A program made the translations under genes and the position numbers. The notes under the pieces were generated by a model that had not been told where the DNA came from, ran no database searches, and saw only the letters and a list, made by a program, of their open reading frames with translations. From a virus (lineage: Duplodnaviria; Caudoviricetes), in IMG/VR virus record IMGVR_UViG_3300037458_000654, positions 1 through 27,231 of that record: DNA of 27,231 nt; one strand, 5' to 3'. This document shows positions 6,889 to 13,202 of the stretch, in pieces. Numbering within the stretch: position 1 is the stretch's first letter; each line of letters begins with the position of its first letter.

Positions 6889-6906
6889 ATTGATTGGAGA
6901 TAAAGA

Positions 6907-7170
6907 ATGGCATTATCTGATTATAGATTATGCGATGTATGCGGAGGAAAAGCATTTTATGATGCTGTTATGGAATATGAAGGCAAAACTCCATACCGTA
7001 CTGCTGGTTACGCGCAATACGATGATAATGAAATGAATGAAAAACATGGATTATGCCTTGGATATTTAGGAGACTGGGCTGTTATTTGTTTATCTTGTTC
7101 TGTTAAATATAGAACAGCTATAGTGCCTAAAGATATATGGGAACGCATGAAGATATATGGGAACGCATGA
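6907..7170 (+). CDS. Hypothetical protein with CxxC pairs
   Basis: GGAG RBS; CDVC...CLSC. Confidence 0.7.
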   Translation: MALSDYRLCDVCGGKAFYDAVMEYEGKTPYRTAGYAQYDDNEMNEKHGLCLGYLGDWAVICLSCSVKYRTAIVPKDIWERMKIYGNA

Positions 7171-7171
7171 A
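7130..7171. repeat. 20-bp perfect tandem duplication
   Basis: AGATATATGGGAACGCATGA x2 (7131-7170). Confidence 0.95.
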
Positions 7172-7195
7172 CATAGAAAAATCGGAGAGATAAAA

Positions 7196-7411
7196 ATGAA
7201 GAGTTGCGCTAATTGCGAAAATTATGTCAGAGAAGAAGAATCCTGGGAGATGCCTCATATTTATTGGTATGAGTGCAAAGCTCGTCCAGGAATGGAAAAT
7301 CTTACTTCGTTTCCTTTCAAAAATACAAAATGCAAAAGTTTTACTCAAAAACAAATAGGTTCTTTATCAGAGATATTGATTGGAGATAAAAATGAGCAAC
7401 GCACTTCTTAA
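7196..7411 (+). CDS. Hypothetical Cys-rich protein (MKSCANCENY...)
   Basis: GGAG RBS before ATG 7196 (ORF track 7157..7411). Confidence 0.65.
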   Translation: MKSCANCENYVREEESWEMPHIYWYECKARPGMENLTSFPFKNTKCKSFTQKQIGSLSEILIGDKNEQRTS

Positions 7412-7712
7412 TTTCCATCTTATGATGGGAGAACCATGCGGTGATGCAGGATTAGATGAAATAGCAGATTGGGCAGGAGAACTTTTAATAAATGGTTCCG
7501 AGCGTTGGAGGCCAATCGAAACGGCTCCTCGTGATGGAACCTATATCATTATAGCCGGGAATAGTGGATATATGACGACTCCTCTTCGGGCTGGAGTATG
7601 CAGATTCGACAATGAATATCGTGAACCATATTCATGGAGAAATTATGCAAATGATAGCTTTTTAGACGGTGGAGAACCACCTATTGTTTGGATTCCATTG
7701 CCAAGGAGATAG
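7392..7712 (+). CDS. DUF551-like phage protein
   Basis: WRPIETAPRDG...PIVWIPLP motif; GGAG RBS before ATG 7392. Confidence 0.7.
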   Translation: MSNALLNFHLMMGEPCGDAGLDEIADWAGELLINGSERWRPIETAPRDGTYIIIAGNSGYMTTPLRAGVCRFDNEYREPYSWRNYANDSFLDGGEPPIVWIPLPRR

Positions 7713-7715
7713 ATT

Positions 7716-8540
7716 ATGATCACTAAAATGGATGCGGTAGAATATCATCTATTGAATAGTCTATCGGCTTCACAACTTAATCTACTCAACAAATCACCGG
7801 CGCACTATAAAGCAAGCATCGATGGTTTATTGAAATATGATTCAAAGGCGCTCGATCTCGGCAAGAAGGTTCACTTGCGACTGGAATCAAAAGAATTATT
7901 CGATCAGAAGTATGTGCTCAAAACAGCCGATCACGATGGGAGAACAAAAAACGGGAAAGCGGCCATCGCTGATATTAGAAGCAATGGTATGGAATTGATT
8001 ACCAATGAGGAACTGGATCAGATAGAGAACACGATTCGCAGTTACGAATCGTGTAATGACGATCTGGTTAGGATTGCCAGGGAAAGTAATGGCATGAACG
8101 AGATTACCGTGCTGTGGGAGGAGCGCGACCGAGCCATGCGCTGCCGTCCTGATCGCTTGATCTATCCATCAGAAGAGGATGGTGAGTGGTTGTGCGAGCA
8201 GTTTCCGATGTTGTTCTCGTCATCGTTTGGGATTACATTGGACGTAGACTTCAAAACAACCTCAAGATTTCCCGATCCTAAAACCTGGTTCTGGCACAGC
8301 CGAGATTACGGGTATCCACTGGCGGCGAGTCATTATCTTACTGGTACCCATGCCGATGCGTTCTTGTGGATCGTGCTGGAAGTTAATCCACCGTATACCG
8401 TGACTCGGTATCTGCTATCGCCACAAACCAAGGAGCAGATGGACGTTAGGCGGCACGAACTGATCGATCTGTTGGAGAAATGCGAGGCCAGCAACACATG
8501 GCCATCGCTGGTTCTCAATAACACGGATACCCTGGTTTAG
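7716..8540 (+). CDS. PD-(D/E)XK exonuclease, RecE / exonuclease VIII-like (DUF3799)
   Basis: EYH...LSASQL...KSPAHY...LGKKVH...RCRPD...DFKTT...Y; AAGGAG RBS. Confidence 0.85.
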   Translation: MITKMDAVEYHLLNSLSASQLNLLNKSPAHYKASIDGLLKYDSKALDLGKKVHLRLESKELFDQKYVLKTADHDGRTKNGKAAIADIRSNGMELITNEELDQIENTIRSYESCNDDLVRIARESNGMNEITVLWEERDRAMRCRPDRLIYPSEEDGEWLCEQFPMLFSSSFGITLDVDFKTTSRFPDPKTWFWHSRDYGYPLAASHYLTGTHADAFLWIVLEVNPPYTVTRYLLSPQTKEQMDVRRHELIDLLEKCEASNTWPSLVLNNTDTLV

Positions 8541-8543
8541 CGG

Positions 8544-8633
8544 GCCTGTAGGACGCCCTACAGCAAAGGCTACCCGAAACCCTAGGTAGCCTGCTAAAAT
8601 CGCCTGTAGGGCTTCTCAGGCTGTTTTAAGGCC
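8544..8633. other. GC-rich multi-hairpin intergenic element
   Basis: CTGTAGG/CCTACAG and AGGCTACC/GGTAGCCT stems; GCCTGTAGG repeated at 8544 and 8602. Confidence 0.55.
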
Positions 8634-8649
8634 ATTCACAAACGACACC

Positions 8650-8931
8650 ATGGAAACACCCTACACCGCAACCGCGATCCGTATCCTGACGCCCGACGAG
8701 GCGGCGGATCGCTTTACCTTTGCCGAGGTCGCTCGGCTGGCATCTCGTTATCCATCGGTCGCGCCGGAGTTTATCGCTCGGTTGGTGGAGGCGTGCGCGC
8801 TTGCCAACTTCCCGCTCGATCTGGCGGTTCGACGTTATCTCGATAAGGATCGGTCGATATCGGTAACGCCTGAACTCCTGGAAGTCCATCGCGATTTATT
8901 AACGCGCGCTCATCGAGTCCCTCGTGCTTGA
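8650..8931 (+). CDS. Hypothetical protein
   Basis: 93 aa ORF; weak RBS. Confidence 0.65.
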   Translation: METPYTATAIRILTPDEAADRFTFAEVARLASRYPSVAPEFIARLVEACALANFPLDLAVRRYLDKDRSISVTPELLEVHRDLLTRAHRVPRA

Positions 8932-9311
8932 CGACCTCATCGAGTCCCTATGATTACTTTTGGAGTACCAAAATGGTTGACGAAGTTTATTCTGGTGGAT
9001 ATCTAATCGAATCAGATGTGTTTGTTCCTGTTGTAAAACAACTTGCGGGAAATGGATTTGTTTGTAACGAGAACTTAGCAGCTAAGTTATGGACAAGATA
9101 TTCAAAAGATCAGTACGCAACCTGGATTGCTATTGATGAAGAAAGTTTGATTAGATTCGTCGAGTGGATTGAATCTGATCTTGATCGTGATGCTGCATTA
9201 TCTTAGATGACCATACTCATTGAGTCCCTGTCGAGTCCTACAAACCCTATCGAGTCCTTAGAGGAAGGCGACCCTGTCGAGTCCCTAACCGATACCGAGA
9301 TCGACGAGTCC
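8909..9311 (+). repeat. Seven GAGTCC-core direct repeats
   Basis: Cores at 8915, 8942, 9222, 9233, 9252, 9279, 9306; longest unit CTCATCGAGTCCCT. Confidence 0.85.
8973..9206 (+). CDS. Hypothetical protein (AT-rich, between the repeats)
   Basis: GGAG RBS before ATG 8973 (ORF track 8928..9206). Confidence 0.65.
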   Translation: MVDEVYSGGYLIESDVFVPVVKQLAGNGFVCNENLAAKLWTRYSKDQYATWIAIDEESLIRFVEWIESDLDRDAALS

Positions 9312-9728
9312 ACCCTTCCCTATGCGCTGGAAGCCGAGATCGATCCGGTCGATGTAATGGTGCGCTTCATCCATCGACTTATCCAACGACCTTCCAAGAA
9401 GTTTCCCATCACCCCAGATCGAGACCGTCTGATCGTGACAGTCCTGCTCGCCATCATTTCTGACCCAAACCACTATCTAAACAGAATAGTTACCAATCCT
9501 TTGATGAAGGTCTATTTAGAGCGTGGTGGCAGAGTCTATCGGGCTGGTCCGATCGCCAGGAACATGCGGGAAGATGACCAGTTCGATCATACCGTTCAGT
9601 ACCTTTACGACTATGGGATACCGATTCCTGATATTGCCAGAGCCTTGTCGGTAGGAAGGCGAGCCGTCGCCAAGCGTATCAAGTACCGACGTGGAGAAGA
9701 TATTAAAACTTTCGAGAGCGATACTTGA
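9207..9728 (+). CDS. Putative DNA-binding protein with acidic repeat N-terminus and C-terminal HTH
   Basis: YLYDYGIPIPDIARALSVGRRAVAKRI is HTH-like. Confidence 0.6.
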   Translation: MTILIESLSSPTNPIESLEEGDPVESLTDTEIDESTLPYALEAEIDPVDVMVRFIHRLIQRPSKKFPITPDRDRLIVTVLLAIISDPNHYLNRIVTNPLMKVYLERGGRVYRAGPIARNMREDDQFDHTVQYLYDYGIPIPDIARALSVGRRAVAKRIKYRRGEDIKTFESDT

Positions 9729-9753
9729 CTGCTTTCTATTAGCATGGTATTAT
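9725..9753 (+). promoter_or_regulatory. sigma70-type promoter for the H-NS-like gene
   Basis: TTGACT-17 bp-TATTAT with a TG extension. Confidence 0.75.
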
Positions 9754-9799
9754 ACTTCCTGTTAAACGAGTTCAACGTAACAATCTATAGGATACATCA

Positions 9800-10135
9800 A
9801 TGTCTTTCAACGAAATTATCGAAGGTAAGAATTCCGACGAGTTGGATGCTCTGATCAAGGCTGCGGAAGCGGCCAAACAGTCAGCCAAGGATCGCGATCT
9901 CGAAGAGTTCAACGAACTGGTGGAGAAGGTGAAGGCGCGTGGCGAGTCGCTCGGCCTGAACGTTCGCAGCTACTTTGTCGAGAAGAAGGTGATTTCAGAC
10001 AAGTACGTCAATCCAGGAAATCCCGATCAGAAGTGGAACGGGCGCGGTCCTACCCCGGAGTGGATGAAAACTCTGTTTGGCGATCTTCCCAAGGAGCAGT
10101 GGAAGGAAGCCAAGAAGGCTTATCTGATTCAGTAA
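9800..10135 (+). CDS. hns: H-NS family nucleoid-associated protein
   Basis: Coiled N-terminus, A..LGL linker and KYVNPGNPDQKWNGRGPTPEWM DNA-binding domain motif. Confidence 0.85.
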   Translation: MSFNEIIEGKNSDELDALIKAAEAAKQSAKDRDLEEFNELVEKVKARGESLGLNVRSYFVEKKVISDKYVNPGNPDQKWNGRGPTPEWMKTLFGDLPKEQWKEAKKAYLIQ

Positions 10136-10143
10136 GCATCAAT

Positions 10144-10201
10144 CTCCGTAGGTATATATACCTACGGAGTGCAAACAAAAAGTGTTGAGGTATATATACC
10201 T
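10144..10201. promoter_or_regulatory. 26-bp perfect palindrome plus a second copy of its 14-bp core
   Basis: CTCCGTAGGTATATATACCTACGGAG (10144-10169); AGGTATATATACCT again at 10188-10201, covering the next RBS. Confidence 0.7.
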
Positions 10202-10330
10202 ATGACAGATATGCTTGAAGAGTTGCCTATGACAGATATAATACATAATCTCTGCGAAAGGATCAGAAAACTGCAATCTTACATAGCGGCTTTGGTACGT
10301 CAATGGACTAAAGAGATAGATGAGCGATAG
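10202..10330 (+). CDS. Small hypothetical protein (42 aa, MTDMLEELPMTDII...)
   Basis: GAGG RBS; hand-translated; overlaps the next ORF. Confidence 0.5.
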   Translation: MTDMLEELPMTDIIHNLCERIRKLQSYIAALVRQWTKEIDER

Positions 10331-10508
10331 CAACGATTTTCCGAGAGTTATCTCAGGTTGCAAAGCCATTCATGGCTGTAGTGAAAAGAATAAGTGTGAA
10401 CGATACCATCAATATTTAAGATCGAAGCCAGGATTTGGATTTAACGCCAATCATACCTGTATTATTCCACTAAAACATTTTATCAAATGCAACTCATCAT
10501 CGAATTAA
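10320..10508 (+). CDS. Small Cys-rich hypothetical protein
   Basis: 62 aa ORF overlapping both neighbours. Confidence 0.55.
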   Translation: MSDSNDFPRVISGCKAIHGCSEKNKCERYHQYLRSKPGFGFNANHTCIIPLKHFIKCNSSSN

Positions 10509-10831
10509 ACGAATCTGATCTCGTCCCGATTGCCGAGAACGCGATCAAATACTTGTTAAGAAACGATCAGTACGGAGGAACTGGAGAAGCTGCGGAGTAT
10601 ATCAAGAATCAGACGAGATACGCGTTGATGGAGCATCTTAGAAATATTGATCTTTATGGAAAGGTTCAAGGTATAGCAACAACCTGCTTTAACGATATTG
10701 TTGAAGATGTGGTCAGACAAGAAATCATTGGAATTATCAAAAAAACTGTCAAAGAACTGAAAGATAAAGGAATGGTAACAGAGGCGCATAACGACCAAGG
10801 TGAGGCACAGCCTCCAACAAAAAAGCTATGA
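10487..10831 (+). CDS. Hypothetical protein whose C-terminus (HNDQGEAQPPTKKL) is encoded by attC-like site 1
   Basis: 114 aa ORF; stop codon lies inside the attC loop. Confidence 0.65.
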   Translation: MQLIIELNESDLVPIAENAIKYLLRNDQYGGTGEAAEYIKNQTRYALMEHLRNIDLYGKVQGIATTCFNDIVEDVVRQEIIGIIKKTVKELKDKGMVTEAHNDQGEAQPPTKKL

Positions 10832-10883
10832 ATACACCTAAAGACTCAACGGGAGGCTGTTGTCCTCCACCGCCTTGTTCGGC
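10786..10883 (-). mobile_element. attC-like site 1 (98 bp)
   Basis: GCATAAC GACCAA GGTGAGG CACAGCCTCC ..loop.. GGAGGCTGT TGT CCTCCACC GCCTT GTTCGGC. Confidence 0.82.
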
Positions 10884-11070
10884 TTCTTCTATTCGCGAGA
10901 AGTCGGAAACCGAGCGATGGTTCTTCATCGCAGACTGGTGCAAGAAAAAGGGCATCTCTCCAATGAATGCTGACAACTTCAATCGTGCCGCGATGGAGTG
11001 GGCGAAGCTGAATTGCTTTGAGCCGAACGCAAAGCTAAGCGGGACACAACAGCGCGAGGACAAACCATGA
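10828..11070 (+). CDS. Cassette hypothetical protein, starting in the loop of site 1 and ending in the loop of site 2
   Basis: ATGA overlaps at both ends; body bounded by GTTCGGCT/AGCCGAAC. Confidence 0.7.
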   Translation: MNTPKDSTGGCCPPPPCSASSIREKSETERWFFIADWCKKKGISPMNADNFNRAAMEWAKLNCFEPNAKLSGTQQREDKP

Positions 11071-11139
11071 CTGAAGACACAACTACCGACCCCAACAACA
11101 GGCCCGCTGTTGTGGCTCCGCTTGAGCGACAAGTTAGGC
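11022..11139 (-). mobile_element. attC-like site 2 (118 bp)
   Basis: GCCGAAC GCAAA GCTAAGCGG GA CACAACAGCG ..loop.. CGCTGTTGTG GCT CCGCTTGAGC GACAA GTTAGGC. Confidence 0.85.
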
Positions 11140-11402
11140 GCTACCCGCTGGACGTTGAAGGCGGGCAGACGGACGAAGGCGCCTACTGCATGAGTAAGGG
11201 GCACCACGACAAGGCGGCGTTTCTTGAGGAAGCGCGCATTTGGTGGGGCGATGAGATGGAGAACTGGACCGAGCCGGAACACAAGTGGCTGCGCGTGGTG
11301 CCCGACCCCAGCGAAGAGTGGCGGCGCGGATTGCTGATGGACGCCAAACCGCACTCGCGTGGGGCGTTCCCGGCGACGTGGACAGAGCGCCGTAGCGCCT
11401 AA
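11067..11402 (+). CDS. Cassette hypothetical protein with RBS and ATG inside the loop of site 2
   Basis: GAGGA at 11056-11060, ATG 11067; stop is the TAA of GCCTAAC; body bounded by the 12-bp complement GTTAGGCGCTAC/GTAGCGCCTAAC. Confidence 0.78.
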   Translation: MTEDTTTDPNNRPAVVAPLERQVRRYPLDVEGGQTDEGAYCMSKGHHDKAAFLEEARIWWGDEMENWTEPEHKWLRVVPDPSEEWRRGLLMDAKPHSRGAFPATWTERRSA

Positions 11403-11444
11403 CGCTCGGATGAGCGGCTTGTCCGCTCCATCCGATGGTTAGGA
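11397..11444 (-). mobile_element. attC-like site 3 (48 bp, very short)
   Basis: GCCTAAC GCTCG GATGAGCGG CTTGT CCGCTCCATC CGATG GTTAGGA. Confidence 0.8.
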
Positions 11445-11484
11445 TTAATGCGGATGGTAGTCTGCTTCATAGAAAAATATTCTA

Positions 11485-11724
11485 ATGAAAGCACGTTGTG
11501 GTTGCAACATGCTCACTATTGTACATAACTTAATGACTATTCCAAGTATAAAGTTTGTCTGCCCGAAATGCGGCAAAACCGAGTTGAGTATTTCAACTAG
11601 ACCGCTATACTGTCATTGCGAGGGTAGAGGAGCAACACGCACTAATTGGGATTTGTCAGGACCAGTAAAAAAAGTGCGGAAGCGCAAGTTTACCACTAAA
11701 ACTAGGATGATAAAGGATAAATAG
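11485..11724 (+). CDS. Basic Cys-rich (Zn-finger-like) protein
   Basis: CGC...CPKCG...CHC; 79 aa. Confidence 0.55.
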   Translation: MKARCGCNMLTIVHNLMTIPSIKFVCPKCGKTELSISTRPLYCHCEGRGATRTNWDLSGPVKKVRKRKFTTKTRMIKDK

Positions 11725-11738
11725 AGGGTGTTATTTTT

Positions 11739-11960
11739 ATGAGCAAGCGTTGGTCTGAGAGTAAAAAAGATTTAGTTATAAATAAAGAAATCGATCTCTT
11801 CTTAAAGGAGATTGTTACTATTTTTCAAAAGTATAACTTATCAATCGGTCATGAAGATCGAAATGGTGACTTTTTGATAGAAAAATATTCTATCGAAAAC
11901 TCGTTATGGTTACAAGATGCTCATGATAATACTGATAAACAATCTCGTGATGAGACATAA
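11739..11960 (+). CDS. Hypothetical protein, last gene of the + arm
   Basis: 73 aa; GAGG upstream. Confidence 0.65.
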   Translation: MSKRWSESKKDLVINKEIDLFLKEIVTIFQKYNLSIGHEDRNGDFLIEKYSIENSLWLQDAHDNTDKQSRDET

Positions 11961-11962
11961 GA

Positions 11963-12115
11963 TTACTTCTTCTTAGACTTCTTACGCTTTTTCTTTGCCT
12001 TTCTCGCTACGCTTAGAGCAATTGCTATTGATTGCTTTTGCGATTTTCCGCTTTTCATCTCTCTCTTGATATTCTTACTAATACTTTTCGCGCTAAAACC
12101 TTTGATAAGCGGCAT
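11963..12115 (-). CDS. Small highly basic phage protein (50 aa)
   Basis: Hand translation MPLIKGFSAKSISKNIKREMKSGKSQKQSIAIALSVARKAKKKRKKSKKK; GAGGAG RBS; resembles a recurrent phage family. Confidence 0.75.
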   Translation of the reverse strand: MPLIKGFSAKSISKNIKREMKSGKSQKQSIAIALSVARKAKKKRKKSKKK

Positions 12116-12127
12116 ATCGAGTTCTCC

Positions 12128-12361
12128 TCATACGACATAGATAGTCGGTTCGCTCGTTTTACGTCCTACGATCTGCCCGTTCGCAAGGATCACTTCATCA
12201 CCTGGACGATACTGGGTGGCATCGGTACCTGTCTTGCGTAACCGTTGCGATCCAATCACCGTGGCAATCGTTATCGAGTCCCCAGAAGTAGCGATAACCT
12301 TGCCGCTTGAAACAGGACGATCTTGAAGTAACTGCTTGAGTTGTTTTAAAGGGTGCATCAC
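12128..12361 (-). CDS. Small putative tail-tip (OB-fold-like) protein
   Basis: GKVIATSGDSITIAT...YRPGDEVILANGQIVG; ATGA coupling. Confidence 0.65.
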   Translation of the reverse strand: MMHPLKQLKQLLQDRPVSSGKVIATSGDSITIATVIGSQRLRKTGTDATQYRPGDEVILANGQIVGRKTSEPTIYVV

Positions 12362-12669
12362 ACTCTCGGCTTGCGTAAGTTGATGGTCGTGGAGGCAGAC
12401 ATATTACCCGCATCATCCGTCGAAATACGATGGCTAACTCCAGTCACTTTCCCTCGCCACACCCCCAACGCTGAATCATCCACCTGCACGATCTCTCCCA
12501 AACGCACGTCGCGCAGCTTGATCTCCAACACGGGCGCATCAGCGAGCGCACCTTGATCGAGTTCCGCTCGCCCACGACTCAACGCCGCCTCAACGGTGGA
12601 TAATAATACGTCCTGAATGTCATCGCCTGGAGAAATCCCTTCTCCACGAATAACCACGATGTCGACCAT
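12358..12669 (-). CDS. Putative tail hub / structural protein
   Basis: ALSRGRAELD...RLGEIVQVDD..GVWRGKVTGVSH; coupled within the tail operon. Confidence 0.65.
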   Translation of the reverse strand: MVDIVVIRGEGISPGDDIQDVLLSTVEAALSRGRAELDQGALADAPVLEIKLRDVRLGEIVQVDDSALGVWRGKVTGVSHRISTDDAGNMSASTTINLRKPRV

Positions 12670-13202
12670 CAGGCAATACTACCAATCGCGATAATCAGAA
12701 CTTCGGTGATATCCTCGGGTACCGCACGCAAGGTGTATAACGAGCCTGTCGTCGTATATTGAGCACGTAATACCCCTGCCACACTTGATCCATCAGCCAT
12801 TTTTAAGTTAGATCGTGTTCGTTCGGGTAGGGTAGTGATTTGAGTAACCTCTGTTCCCACGATCTTCAAACAGCGACCCTGCCATTCCAGAGTGACCGAT
12901 CCCGAGGGTGGATACCCGAGACTACCACTATCCGAGTTCGAGAAGGTAATATACTCATCAATCGTCTTCGAAGCCGATCCCGATGCGGTAACACCCCCCG
13001 ATGTGGATGCTGGACCGTATTCCACCGTCACGTTAGAGTCCTTAAACATCCAAAATCCAACCGTATCACCTGGAGAGAAGGAAGTGTCTCCCCCATTCAA
13101 TCCATCTTCACGATCATCGATTTCAAGTTTAAGAACACCCTCGGTAGCGGTCGTATCTTCCGAGAAATTAACATTAAGCGTAGCGACAACTACCTCAGCC
13201 AT
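12669..13202 (-). CDS. Putative virion structural protein
   Basis: Beta-rich, S/T/G-rich 177 aa ORF in the tail operon. Confidence 0.7.
   Translation of the reverse strand: MAEVVVATLNVNFSEDTTATEGVLKLEIDDREDGLNGGDTSFSPGDTVGFWMFKDSNVTVEYGPASTSGGVTASGSASKTIDEYITFSNSDSGSLGYPPSGSVTLEWQGRCLKIVGTEVTQITTLPERTRSNLKMADGSSVAGVLRAQYTTTGSLYTLRAVPEDITEVLIIAIGSIA

Noticed and set aside
7124-7131. GCCTAAA as a further attC R box
   Set aside because: Lacks the AAC, and has no partner arm or complementary box
8909-9311. CRISPR array
   Set aside because: Repeats are only 6-15 bp with irregular short spacing, and there are no cas genes
10144-10169. Protelomerase (telRL) site
   Set aside because: Short, and there is no protelomerase gene in the window; kept only as a palindrome
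10749-11354. 201-aa minus-strand ORF, co-oriented with the attC polarity
   Set aside because: Crosses two attC sites, has no recognisable RBS or motif, and the + ORFs show RBS and coupling
10786-11444. Palindromes read as terminators, REP elements or CRISPR repeats
   Set aside because: No U-tracts, sequences differ from one another, ORFs run through them, and they share AAC/GTT boxes with one-sided bulges
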